The notes below the pieces were generated by a model. That model ran no database searches. It was not told where the DNA came from and was given only the letters and a program-made list of their open reading frames with translations. The position numbers and the translations under genes were made by a program. DNA of 64,000 nt from Paecilomyces variotii (Eukaryota), in assembly GCA_004022145.1 (NCBI GenBank), contig RCNU01000001.1; one strand, given 5' to 3'. The first letter of the stretch is position 1. Each line of letters opens with the position of its first letter. Below, one piece after another: positions 39,972-53,090 of this stretch.

Positions 39972-41041
39972 GTTGGCAACTCGAGAGACCGCGACGGCAG
40001 GTCGGAGCAACAAGTGAATGGATTCAGTAAATCATAAGCAAGATAATATTGTAACAAGAAATCCCACCAAGACCGATCAAGCGTCCTCGGGAGAAAAGAG
40101 CCGTACAAGGAAGCGGCAACAAGTTCTGCGAAGAAGCCACCTCGACGATGTCAAAGCTCCCAAGATGATTTCGCCGCAGGTCACTAATCGTCGATTCTCG
40201 GCATCGATTGGCGTGATCAGCCACATGGCAGTTCCTAGCCACTGCCGCGCCCGGAATAATGTATTCCCGGTCGACCTGGCTACCTATCGCTCAGTCACTT
40301 CCTTATGTTCATAATTCGGTTATTTAGCACACTCTGGACTGTGAACTGTGAACTGAATTTGCAGTCGCTTCCAGCTGGAGGATGCATTTGCTGCTACTTC
40401 TGTAAGACTCCAGCTATCTAGGAAACTCATAACGAATCCAAGGTTGCATGATAGTTATTGTCAGAGCACATCTGATGACATTATTGCCTGTTCACATTGA
40501 CTGGACAATTGGCTGTCAGAATATTTGTCTCTGATCTTCAAATAGATGTAGATACTGCTTAAATGTAATAACAGAATAATACTTCACGTCCTATCGATTA
40601 CGCATATTTCAGATCCAGGCTGAACAAACAGGAAGATTCTCCTTTTTGGTCGAGTGGCCTCGCGCCAATAGGTACCTCTGTTAGCATACTTTCAAAGCAG
40701 GGCAATCCTCCTAAACAAAACAGTAATCTATCCGAGAAACTGTGATCAGCAAGCCTTGAAACAAGCCATCGTAATCTCTCTAGTTCACTAAGTTACATAC
40801 CGGGGTTACTCATGTTCAGCACGACTCGTTTTGCGGTTCAACTTACTCTACAGAGGACTTTACCTCGGCGATGTTATTGTTCCGACATGGAGCCTCGGAT
40901 TGCTTAGTGAAACTTTGGGTCGATGGAGTTTTATGCGGAGATGAGCGTCCGACATATGCATGGCCAGTAGTGCTCGTCAAAAGGTGCGCTCAGACGCGGG
41001 AAGATCTATCGGGCTACCGACAGTGCTTGAGAAGGATATAA

Positions 41042-41197
41042 TTTGGGCCTGTAGGCCAGGCGGATATCGCCTGCCTCCTTTCGCTTTAGGTCTAGTGCTT
41101 CGCACAGAGAGTTTAGATAGCTTAGATAGCTTAAAGCTTTAGAGCTTAATCTTAAGAGAATTAAGCATCTTTATCTCTAAGCTTCGCGTGCCCGAGA
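41042..41197 (+). repeat. 5' LTR
   Basis: Aligns ungapped with 45892-46047, with 13 mismatches that are all transitions. The exact terminus is uncertain by 1-3 nt. Confidence 0.93.
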
Positions 41198-41211
41198 AGT
41201 TATACGCCCAG
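41198..41211 (+). other. Primer-binding site of the copia half-tRNA(iMet) type
   Basis: AGTTATACGCCCAG directly after the 5' LTR. With G>A changes reverted it reads GGTTATGCGCCCAG, resembling the GGTTATGRGCCC PBS of copia/Ty5-type elements. Confidence 0.65.
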
Positions 41212-44200
41212 ATAGCTTTATTTTTTTATTATTTCTTATTATTTAAACAGCTTTAATTACTGTAAAGACTATATTCTTAAACTAGACCTATTTTCTGCAG
41301 GATCTATCTCTCTTACTAATAGTTTATTAAACAACCCCGCTAGTTATCCTTAAAAATAATAATATATTATTAAGATTCTGATCTTCCAGAGAAGATATCA
41401 GAGAAAATTAACAGTATTTAAAAACTAATAATTAAGTCAAACTTTAATAATTAGTTATATTTTATCTAAAATATCCTATGCGCAATTAAATATAAAAATC
41501 TAATTAATTTATTAATCCTACATCCAGAAATTACAGATTATAATGCGTTTATTAGATAGAGAAAGATATCTCTTACTATTAGAAGTTAAATAACAGCATA
41601 GTTAGATATAGAGATTATTAAAGAACTTTAATAGATATTATAATAAGCTATCTATATAAATAAATATATTAACGTAATTAAGACAATTCTAATTAAAAAA
41701 AGATATATAGAATTAAGATTAGTATAAAAAGCAGCTATAAGAACTCACTATTATTAGTATAGATTAATTAAATAGTTTATTATTGCCTATTATAATACTT
41801 AATAATATACTAATAATCTAAGCCTTATGATTATTTTATAGTATGCTGCTATACTCCTTTTTAAAAAATTTAAAAAAAAATTATTAAGCTGGATTATAAT
41901 ATAATACTATTCTTAGCCTAAAGATAAATCTAAGATAATAATAAGCTCTAAATTCTAATAACTTTGCAGAGAAGCAATAGATATAATAAAATAATATAAT
42001 ATTAACCTTGCCGCAGTTAATAATACTAATAAGATATTATTAACTTTAATAAAACCTAAGTTAAAGAAAGATAAACTAAAGGATTTTAATAAGATCCTGC
42101 CTAAAGATAAAGACCCTATAAATTATATAAAAGAGTTACACAATAAGAAATCTATTTAAAATAAAAGATATAGATATTATAATTACTAGGGCTATAATAT
42201 AAATACCTATTTTTATCTCGCAAAAAGGAAACCAGAGAATTTTAAATCTAGGGATAAGATCTAATATTTTAATGCTAATTTAGGATAGTTATTAAGTCTT
42301 GCTATAATCCTTATACCCCTAAATCTTAAATAATTTATAGGAATTGCCTTTTTAGTATAGGTAATATCAGCAATACCCCTAGTATAGATTATAGACTTAG
42401 GATTATTAGGTAATATATATAATAATAGATCTTAATTTGTTAAGTATAGGGACTTTAAAGAAGATAAAAGATATAATTTTAACTATGCTAATAGTATTAT
42501 AGGATAATATTAAGATAAAGAGAATATTTATCTAGATCTATAGCTAGATAGTAAAAAAATCAATATAATCCTGGTTTATATATATTATAATCTAAACCTT
42601 AAATACAGTCTACTATTAACCCTCAGCGTTATAAAATTATATAAGATATAGTACTATGCTAAATAGAACAGATTATTAGATATAGATATAAATAAATTAA
42701 AAAGATATATCTATAAATATGGGAATATCCTATAGCTTAAGCTCGCGTAACCAGTTAATATAATAGTAATTATACTAGAACTTCTATATTATTAATTAGT
42801 CTATACTAGAGTCCTAAAATTAAAGATATTAATTAAGAATATTAAACTATCTAATATAGAACTAATAAATAATAATTATAACTTCTACTATAAAGCCTAT
42901 TATTTATTTAAGGCTAAGCAATTAGTCTTAAAAGACCCCTAACTAAGATAGCCTAAACTAGCTGAGTTCTTTTATATAGATCTCTAGCTAGTTAAGCTAA
43001 TTAGTATATATAGCTATAACTATTATTTAATTATTATTAATAATACTATAAAGATATAGTTTATATAGTTTATTTATATTAAGGAGGAAGCCTCTAATAA
43101 ACTTATTTAGTTCGCTAAGAGTATTAAGAATATTACCTCCTATTACTTAAAGGCTTAGAGAATTAATAATAGATATAAATTTTTTAATTTTAGAGATTAG
43201 GCAATTAATAAAGGAATAATAATTAAAGTAACTGCTCCCTATACTCCTAAAGTAAATAGTATATTAGAATATTATAGGGGATATATTAACTCCCTATCTT
43301 ATATAATAATTATTATATTAAAATTATCTTAATTATTATAGCCTTTAGCAGTTAAGACTGCTGTCTATATTACTAATAAACTTCCTAAATAAAATAAATA
43401 TAAGACTCTTATTATAAAGTAGAGGAAGGCTTTTAATATTCTAAATAAATATTTAATATTATAATATATTTGTATTTAGAGTTATAAAGCTTATATTTAT
43501 ATACCTAAAAAAGATTATAAGTAAGCTTTTAAGATATTATTATATATAAGGATTAGCTATCTTATTAGCTATAAAGGTAATAACAGCTATATCTATAAGG
43601 TCTAATTTCTAAATATAGGCAAAATAAAATGCTCTAGAGATATAACTTTCTTTAAGGATCTTAAAGATTTTATAAGAGATATTATACTAATATTACTGCT
43701 AGTACCTAAAAATAATAATCCTATAAGATAAGATATAATATTGCTTATAGATTAAATTTAGAACTTAAAGATTATTAATATAATTTATCCTATAATTAAG
43801 GGGAATAATTAGAATAGGATTATAATGCTATTACTGATACTATAGACTATATAGTAAAACAGATATTAAATTAAATAGATTATATAGGGACTTAAAGTAA
43901 TCTAACTTACAGCTAGCAAAATATATAAATAGCTAAGCAATTCTATATAGGAAGATCCTATTATTAATACTAATAAAATATTTTATAATATAGAATCTAA
44001 TAATAGTTCTAACTATATTAAACCTCTACCTTTACCCCTTCCTCTATCTAAACTTACTAAACAATATTAACTGGAGATAGAAGAAGTCTATATATCTTTA
44101 AGGATTAGAACTCTACAGACTTAGCTTAAAAATAATTAAGCAAGAGATATTAAATATTAGGCTATTAAGAGAAAGGAGAAGAAGAAGTTTAAAATCTCTT

Positions 44201-45880
44201 TTAATATTTATGCTATAGCAATTAATAAATAATACGCTTATAATATATTTATACCAGAAATATATAAGCAGGCAATAAGGTTATTATATTATAATAACTA
44301 ATATAAAGCTATAGTTATCTAAATATAAAAGTTTAAAGATAAGTATACTTAGGAACTAATGCCATATCTAAAGGAAAAGGATACTAAGATACTCCTAGGG
44401 AAGTAGATATATAACCTTAAGTTTAATACTGATAGCTATATTACTAGCTATAGAGCTAGATAGATAGTCTATAGTAACTTCTAATAAATAGATAACTATA
44501 AATATTATTATAGTCCTATTATATCTAAAACAGTAATTAAAATATTTATAATATTAGTTGCTATTTACTGTTTTTACTAGAGGCAATATAATATTATTAT
44601 AATATATTTAAACGCAGTCTTAAAAAGTAGTAAAGTTTATATATAGCAACTGATAGGATTCTAGAAGATAAAGAGATATATCTATCTACTAAAGTAAGCT
44701 CTGTATGGCCTATATTAATTAGCTTTCTTATAGAACAAAACCTTTATAGATAAATTAAAAGATATAGGATTTAAACTGCTTAATAAAGATCTGTATATCC
44801 TAATTCACTGTATAGAGGACTATATTATTATTTATATTAATAATATAATAATTGCTGCCACTACTAATAAAGGAATTAATTATTTTATTAATAAGCTTAG
44901 CTTATAATTTAATATAAAGATTCTTAGGGAACCTAGTCGCTTCTTAGATTATAAGCTTATACAGAATATAGATAATAATATAATTATTATAAGCCAGTCT
45001 ATATATATCCCTAATATATTAAAGGAATCGGGATTTTATAATAGATATACTAGGAAGATATCTATATTAATAAAGCTAATTTATAAGATATAGCTTTTAG
45101 AGATACTTATAGATAAAGATATAGTATTATAGTATTAGATTATAGTCGGCAAGCTTAATTAGCTCGCTATAAAGATATACCCAAATATTATTTAAGCAGT
45201 TAACTATCTCTAAAAGAAGGTAAATAATTTGAATAATAAAGATATTAGCGCTGTTAAGCATCTACTACGCTATCTTAGATAATACCCTTCTTATAAAATT
45301 AAATTAGGCAGCTAGTTAGAAAAGGGAATTAAAATCTATATTAATGCTAATTATTAAGATAACCCTAATAAAAAGTTAATTAAAGCTTTTATTATCTTTT
45401 ATAAGAGATCTATTATTAGCTGGTTAAGTAAGAAGTAATAGATTATTATATTAAGCACTATAATTGCTAAATTCTATGCTTTAGATTTAGCTATAAAGGA
45501 AGCCTTATTTATAAAAAAATTAATTATTAGACTAGGATTAGAATTAGCAAATAACACAAATCTTATATAGGTTTATATAAATATTATAAATGCCACAGTT
45601 CTAGTAGAGAATAGGAGATATTGGCCTATTACTAAATGGCTCGATAATCGCTACTTCTTTATATGCAATGCCCTAGCTAAAGGAACAATTAAATTAAATA
45701 AGATTAATAAGAAGTCTAACCTAGCTGACGGGCTCACTAAATTATTAGATAAGATTAAATTTAATAAATTTAAGGTATTAATTAAGCTTAAATATATTAG
45801 CTTAGGGGATTAGGATAATAAATACTAGAATAATTAATTAATTTCTTTATTAGGAAGTATCTATAACTTCAGGAGGTATT

Positions 45881-45888
45881 AAGGGGGG
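45881..45888 (+). other. Polypurine tract
   Basis: AAGGGGGG immediately upstream of the 3' LTR. Confidence 0.8.
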
Positions 45889-45891
45889 TAT

Positions 45892-46047
45892 TTTAGGCCT
45901 GTAGGCCAAGCGGATATCGCCTGCCTCCTTCTGCTTTAGGTCTAGTACTTCGCATAGAGAGTTTAGATAGCTTAGATAGCTTAGAGCTTCAGAGCTCGAT
46001 CTTAGGAGAATTAAGCATCTTCATCTCCAAGCTTCGCGTGCCCGAGA
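45892..46047 (+). repeat. 3' LTR
   Basis: Direct repeat of 41042-41197. It may extend to 45889-46049 (TATTTTAGG...CCCGAGATA, a RIP'd TGTCTCGGG...CCCGAGACA). Confidence 0.93.
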
Positions 46048-46314
46048 TATAACCATGCACTAGGACCCATGTCATCGCTCAATCCTGGTTGGGTGTAGAC
46101 TTCCCGTTCGTCCAGGATGCCGTGTCTGCTGTTACAACGTGCATATGGACTACATGGGCGGCTGGGCACAGTGTTTCTTGACCGGCTGTCAGAGCTCAGG
46201 TTCTCAATAAGCGTAACTGCATGAATGGATATCTTGTGTTTTGCCCCGAATTAATTTTTTTATGTCCAATGTACACCCATATTCCCTCAAAGCCAAACAA
46301 ACTCCCTCGGATGC

Positions 46315-47711
46315 CTATACCAGTTCATCAGAAGTAACAACAAAGGTTTTCTGAACAGCCACGCCATGGGAATCTTCTCCTCCTCCCTTGGGATTCAAAT
46401 CCTCTTGGCTGCTGTTCTTGCTGGTTTGCCGATAATGCCTTCGACTTGGGTTGCCGGTGGTGACGACCACATGGGACTCATCCGGATCAACGTCTGGGCG
46501 CCAGTAACCGGGCCCCTTGTAACCTTTGAAAGACGAAGTAGGTCCATGTGCACCGAATTCAGAGAGCTGCATGCTGTCTTTTGTTTTCTTCCCACTCCGA
46601 GTGCCACTGAGAGAGCCGTCGCGGAAGAAACGGAATAGGGGACGGAGGGTGATCAAACTGCCAGCAGTAATTCCGAGACTGGCTTCGACATTGGACCAGA
46701 TAGAAATGCTAGCTGTTGCATCTAGATATTCATCTCCGTCAGTCATGTGTCAATGGCAATGCCGTCAATTGCGGAGAAAAAGAGAAGGCATCCTTACGTA
46801 GAAAGTCGGGATCTTTGTAGTGATGAAGGAAAGGAATGCGGATAACCACCGCAGCGCTGGCGCTGTGTCCAGACCGTCAGCAAAAGCTTCATGATGAAAG
46901 GAATAATGACACCACATACACACAACCCATACTCAGGATTCCTGCCACGGCCCACTTGGTCCGACGGTTCATCTGCAGGTTCCAGATGACAAAGACGGGC
47001 AAAATTCCCACAGTGAAGTCGCAAACAGCAGCCTCGACACTGTAGACATAGGCCATGGTAATGATGGAGTCGGAAGACAAGCAGTGTCCGTTTCCAGTCC
47101 GGTTCCAAAAGAAGGCGACAGGGCGACACTGCAAGGTTAACATTAACCAGAAGACCAGTCCCACGATGGTCGTCACACTGATCACGGCCCAAAGGACTAT
47201 CGAATGGACCCTCTTGACAGTCAAGCGCATGATGGAAAGCGCGATCGATATCTTGGCCACCACGCATGTAAGGACATACGAGACCTGGCCTAGCCACCAC
47301 CACTGCAAGAAAAACATCAGCGGTCCGCCTATAACTGTGGCAGGGCGTTGGGTTCATACCATGAGCGCTGTTCGAATGTCTTGCTCGGGGATCTGAGTAA
47401 ACCGTTTTGCAAATCCGTAGAAAGAACCCGTCATACCGCATATCGCGAACCATATATTCAGCGCCTGCCAATGAACATTAGTAACCGCCAGTTATCTCGG
47501 ATATTCCGTCAGAGCAAGCGCATACCAGTGCTAATATCATCAACCCATCATCGTACCCAAAGGCCCGTACGAGCCTCAAGCGGACGAAGCATCGCAAGCA
47601 GACTGATATAAAAGAGATGACGAAGAGTACGAGCGTGACAACAAAGATCGTCGTACTGGCTCCCCCAAGGCCTCTCGACGGTTTTTCGGCGGCGCTGGTC
47701 TCCATTATCAC
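46315..47711 (-). CDS. PTH11-like fungal rhodopsin-domain integral membrane protein (no CFEM); several introns
   Basis: SVCLRCFVRLRLVRAFGYDDGLM, VAKISIALSIMRL, LQCRPVAFFWN, DFTVGILPVFVIWNLQMNRRTK, SAAVVIRIPFL, IWSNVEASLGITAGSLITLRPLFR. Confidence 0.92.
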
Positions 47712-50700
47712 TCCCGGCTATGAGGACCCGCTCATAGTCTTCGCCAAACAGCAGTTGGACCCTTTTCTGAAATAGATCCCCAGACGACTAGATATAAGAG
47801 AATGACAGATGTAGGAGAAAGGGGTCGGAGGACCTGGATGAATAATAAGAAATGAGGGAGAGACTGCCAAGCTTCAGCAAGCTTGGAGAACAGAGACGGA
47901 GGTGGAGAAGTGATATACATTTTACCACAAGGCCATCCAGAGTTCTAGCCGGCGGAGAGTAACGGATTCAGGTTAGACACTTGGGGATACAACACCTGCA
48001 TCCAGTACGACGAACATTATTTTTGAAACTTTAACCGTTCGGTGATAATTCCAGCTTCCTTTCTGGATCCAGACACCCGTGGGCGCGGGACGCTGGCCGA
48101 CGGTGCAGGGCTGCACAAGCCGGTTGATCTGTGGCGTCTGTTATTGCCGACTTTATGGGGACCACGTGCATGATGATGATGATAATGGATGGTAAGACAG
48201 CAAACTAGTCAACTGTGGGCGGCAATAATGATGGTCGAGGCTTGAGAAGTTGTACCAACAGCCGGCACGATCCGTCAGTTTGTCTGGGTACTCTGGGAAG
48301 CAAGTATCTGAGCGCGTGCCACCGCCACGGCAAGACTACAGACTACTCTTTTTTTCTTCCCAGCCCTGGCGGCGTACCTGCATGACAGTTGTGGTAAGCC
48401 TGTCGCTGATCCAGGGCTGAACGAACTATACCAGTGCGCTCGATCTTTTCTAGCTTGTTTCAGGTTTTCCTGTGAACCATGGCCCTCTTAGGGTGAAGGA
48501 TAAATAATCTATGGTATAAGCATAGAGCCAGTGCGAAAATAGCAGTATTGGGGGATCTGAATTGAGCACCCGACCATGGATCAGTCTCGATGGGCAAGCT
48601 AGTTCTCGTGGAGAGAGCGGCTTGCTTTCCATGGGTCGAAAAAATTGAAATACCCAGTTAATGAGGGGTCGACATCCTTCCCTCCACATGGATGCTGCTA
48701 CCCTGACGATAGCCCGGTTTGAAGGGCGTGATCCTGGCTCTATTTAACGACGTGGTACCTGGCAGTGGTCAAAGCCGGCAATAATAATTCTTCTTCAGGA
48801 ATCTAGATCCTCCGTGAAGAATATCAGTGCGTCCACTGTCCGTCCGGCGTTGTCGGTGTCAGTGCCGCACGACCGAGTCCCCTGAGATCGGATCTGGATC
48901 TTTACTTTTAGTGATGGTCCTCTACTCCGTAGTAGTTACTCAGACCTCTCCTCCGTGCTCCGTATCCTACCATGAAAGGAACTGATCTGCGCGGGCAGCC
49001 ATCTGCTCTACGGAGGACTTACTTCGTACGCACGGGTTCAGACCCTGTTCCGTCCCTGGTTGCGATTCAAACATCATTATTATTATTATTATGACCTCGA
49101 TCGTACCGCATCATAGCTCTATGTCCGCCAGTCTTCCCGAGGACCATCCGTGATGTCTTCCCGTTATCCGGGATGCACCACAAAACTGCCCAGGTATTTA
49201 ATTGGTACGGCATGGCATATTACTTTTACCGTTAAGTTAGTTACTACTACTATCCCTCATCCCTGATACTTTATCCCTGTTGCTGCCAATGATGGGTTTT
49301 TCGACTATTATTCTGGGAGCAGAATTTGATCTGCTGTCTGGGCCCCATAAACGGTATGGTCCTTATGTGGGCCAGTCAGTCCAGGACTCCAGTGAAATGA
49401 ATCGTACAACTCGCCAATTCGTTAGCTACCCAACTTTTGGAGACCGTTTCATGACTCGCACTCCACTCATAACCCAGTTAAGAGAAATCCCTGGGAGTCG
49501 GGACGGGCAGCAGCGGCTCGACGGCCAACGAGCGGACACCAAGCGGAGAGCGAAATGTCCCGTCGAACTCTGCCGATGGTACTTGGACGGACGACCAAGT
49601 TCCAACTCCAGCAACAAGTGGACACAAGGCTTGATGGTGGGCCTCAAGACGGCCATGTTACGGTTCTATATTCTCTAAATTCTCATAACCACACAAAATT
49701 CCCACGCTTGACGCACAGTCCTCGTAGAGACGAGGCCTGAACCCATTCGCCCTAACGGGCAACAATCCCGATTTTCACCAGCAAGGTCCGAGTTTCGAGA
49801 AGCACAGATGAGATCGCTGATCGTCGTCGAAGCTTCCTCGTGGCTGCAGAGACCACCCGTTCTAGAAGATCTCTCGATGCGTTGATCAATCGCCTTAACG
49901 ACAAGTGATCATCCTGATGCAACGACGAGAACAACAAGAGTCACCGACTGTCGAGCCTGTGGCCAAGACATCCAGAGCAGTTTGGTCTTCGCTTCGCTTC
50001 CCACCTGAAATCCAGCTTTTGGCGACCCTAGTCAGAACGTCGGTTGTTTTGTCCTTCAGACGCCTCAAGATGAGGGACCCGAAGCACAGATAAATAGGAC
50101 CACGTAGCACCTTTTGCTCCATATTAATATTATTCCTCGATGTAGCTGTGAATAACCGCCACCACACATGAGAAAGTGCCGCTCCCTAAGAATCATAAAC
50201 GTGATGCCTCGACTCTACGGAAGAGATCCCCGGCTGAGAGGTGAGACATAACGCGTCAATCGAACAATTCACAATGTATTCAGCCGTGAACAATTATTTC
50301 TTCCCATTCTCCAACGCATTCAAATATGACAGATCTATGATGTTCTCAACCATCCAACACATCGACTTCATGTTTTACCAATTGCAGACTCTGAATTGAA
50401 AGGAACTGATCCTGGCGAAGGCGCAAGAAATTTCCTCAAAACTCAGCGTATATCGCTTGGAGAAAATATGCTTTCAGTCAAGATAAGCGACCCCCCTGAA
50501 AGTCGCCGCTGTCATCTCCGGCCCCGACCGCTTAAAAACAACTAGACTATTTCCGTGGCTTTGGGACACCTTTTTATGGAGTAAAAGTATTCGTAGTCAT
50601 TATTTGCCCCTGATAGCGTTACCCGGAAACTGACGGCAATCATGCAGCGAGACGGGACTCTAGACAAACTCGCTTATATTGAGCATTTCGGATAGATGCT

Positions 50701-51647
50701 GGATTTTATCTGGCGTGGCGATGTGTTGGTATAATTTCCAAAGCCTAGAGTGTCTATGGTAGATAGATTCTTGTGGCGCCATACTTATCACTCAATAATA
50801 GGTTCTTCCCGTCCGGCTCATTGTAAGACATGATAGGTAAACTTAATTCGCGGGATCATGCATATGTCCTTGCCGTTGATTATCAGACGAGTTTATTTTT
50901 CATTTTTCATTTTTTATCTATTTTTCATTTTTTTTTTTGTTACGCCGGTTATCAATTCAGAACTGTGTGTGACCGTTCTTCCCGAGACGCAAGACCCGAA
51001 TAATTAATAACCGTAACCCGACCTACTCTACTACGTACTGACTTACGGCATTGCATATCGGGCTTCCTGGGTGCTCTTATCTTTTTGCTAAGACGGTATT
51101 CCAGGAAGCAGATTCATACCCCCCAGCACCCGTACGACGTAGATAATGCTTGATCTCCATCGTGGTGCTGATGTACATGTACATACAGACTCTCCGCGCA
51201 ACTGGCACTGGCAAACGAAGTGCAGCATTACAATTACTCCTGCCTGGAGATCACTCCATTGATAGTTACTGTCGAGACGAACGCGTCATCGTCGAGGCCC
51301 GATATTGTCGACTTTACACTGGACTGGGCCTTAAGGATGACTACCTAGTCTCAATACTTACATGCAGGTCTAGTTGGAAGAGAACACCTAGGTAACTGTG
51401 AAGGGCCATGAGGAGATCAAATGGCACAACTCCATCCACATGATGTTTAGATATGGCATGAATCTAAAGCGGATAGATCGGATCGCCACTTACTCATTCC
51501 AGGTAAGACGGATGGAATAGGTACATAAAAGTATGTACCATAAACCAAGAAACATGAGTGGTCGTTCAGGTAGACACTGCACCGCCGTATGGTAAACATG
51601 GACAGTAACAGGTCACTACAATAAGCTGCAAACCGTCCCTATGAGAC

Positions 51648-51672
51648 GGGGGCGGGGGCGGGGGCGGGGGGG
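51648..51672 (+). repeat. (GGGGGC)n G-tract repeat, potential G-quadruplex
   Basis: G5-C-G5-C-G5-C-G7 seen directly. Confidence 0.8.
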
Positions 51673-52277
51673 AGGCCAATACTACAATATTATTTTATAG
51701 CACGAAGCGAGAATCACATTGGATGTATTTCCAGGAAATCTCACACAAAAAGCAATCATCGCGACCGGGGTGTTTTTCTAGGTTCTTTAGCTTGCTTCTA
51801 CTGTAACGGGAAAATAGTGAAACGACGGGGGTAATATAATGAGCCAGTTGGGGACTTTGACATCTTCCTATGGACAAACGCAATTTCCCACTCCTGGCTA
51901 GGGAAGTCCGTAGACACTCCTCTTATTTCAGTGTCCTCATATTCCTCGAGCAGATTATTTACCGTTGTATCAAAGACGTATGACTACGGTTCTGTAATCT
52001 TCTCCACCAAGTTACTACATGTGAGTATTATGATCTTGGTCTGAGTGAGCAAGAGTTTAGTTCCTTTATGAATCACGGGGGTGATCTTTCGTATCTCGAT
52101 TCTCCTATAAATAGCGAGATGATCGGTCGCCACTGAGTATGACTGCGAGTGGAATCAAATAACGCATCATCTTGAACGAACCTTGCATGCATACATATGC
52201 CCGCTGTACAAAACGCTGATTTGAATAAAAGATGGTTCTAAAATGACTTTGAGATGTTCGATCACATAACAATCCGT

Positions 52278-53090
52278 CTACCACTTAGCTTCCTTGCGAT
52301 CCTGGAAAGCCTTCAAGATAGCGACGCGCTTCTCGAGGGCTGCCACATACTCTTGCGATGCGGCTTGGACCTTGGTCTCATCGCCCAGCTTGGGGTAGAA
52401 GTCCTTTCTGTACGGGGTTGCTGACATGGCAGCGCTGAAGATGGGCTTGACAACGAAGGAGTGGTGAGGCTTAAGTGTGTTACCATAAGCGTGACGGAAT
52501 GAAGTAGCCAGCTCCTCAGACTGGTTGTCAATGTTGTGTCGGAGGGATTGAGCGGTGAAATCGAGACCTCTATTATGGAGATGGTCAGTTTCGTGCTCCG
52601 TCAAGGACAGGGGCGGTCAGTACACAGGACGACATACCGGACAAGCCAGACCAGCCCCTCGGTGGCAGTGTGCTTCTTTGTCTTCAACTCGTTCAGGACG
52701 AGGGCCTGCAGCGTGGCAGACTCCTCAGGAGCCGCAAGCTGCCTGTCTCTGATTTTCTATTAGGTACGATTAGTCAATGACAATTCCTCATCTTCGCGAA
52801 AAGGCGGTAAGCACCTTGATGTTTCCTAGCAAGTCATTCTTGACAGGAGAGAATGCGACAGAGCCGAGCAGATCTGTCGAACAGTGTTAAGATAAAGTAC
52901 ACTAGAAAAACAGCATATCGCAAAGGCTGAATGACGAACCGAATAGGGTGGTCAGAGATTCGGCGGCCTCGAGGAACTCGGTAGTAGCGATACCGTCGTC
53001 GTTAGCGGTATCAATGGGAACGTCAACAAACGACTTCCGGAGAGTGTCGAACCAGGTACCACCGGCGGGGATCACAGCAATAGAGGCCAT
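52278..53090 (-). CDS. Glycolipid transfer protein (GLTP; HET-C2-like); three introns
   Basis: TWFDTLRKSF, TTEFLEAAESLTTLF|DLLGSVAFSPVKNDLLGNIK, HTATEGLVWLV|RGLDFTAQSLR, AYGNTLKPHHSFVVKPIFSAAMSATPYRKDFY. Confidence 0.95.

Larger units (their letters stand above)
41042..46047 (+). mobile_element. Full-length Ty1/copia LTR retrotransposon, inactivated by RIP
   Basis: 156-bp direct LTRs, PBS and PPT. RIP-garbled motifs occur in copia order: protease *IIDLG (WIVDSG) ~42387, integrase TAPYTPKVNS ~43231 and *PLAVKTAVYITNKLP ~43339, RT LK*ALYGL ~44689 and YINNII (YVDD) ~44833, RNase H SWLSKK* ~45418 and LADGLTK 45721. The interior is very AT/TpA-rich with no ORF >=60 aa. Candidate TSD TATAA (41037-41041 / 46048-46052). 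Confidence 0.95.

Noticed and set aside
40470..40535. TGATGA...CTGA as a box C/D snoRNA upstream of Spf1
   Set aside because: Imperfect C box context, no terminal stem, and no rRNA guide that I could identify.
41200..45890. AT island as a centromere, mitochondrial insertion or horizontally acquired island
   Set aside because: Fully explained by a single RIP-mutated copia element with LTRs, PBS, PPT and Pol motifs.
49280..50500. Short ORFs as a possible pseudogene
   Set aside because: No recognisable motifs or coherent exon chain in any frame I read.
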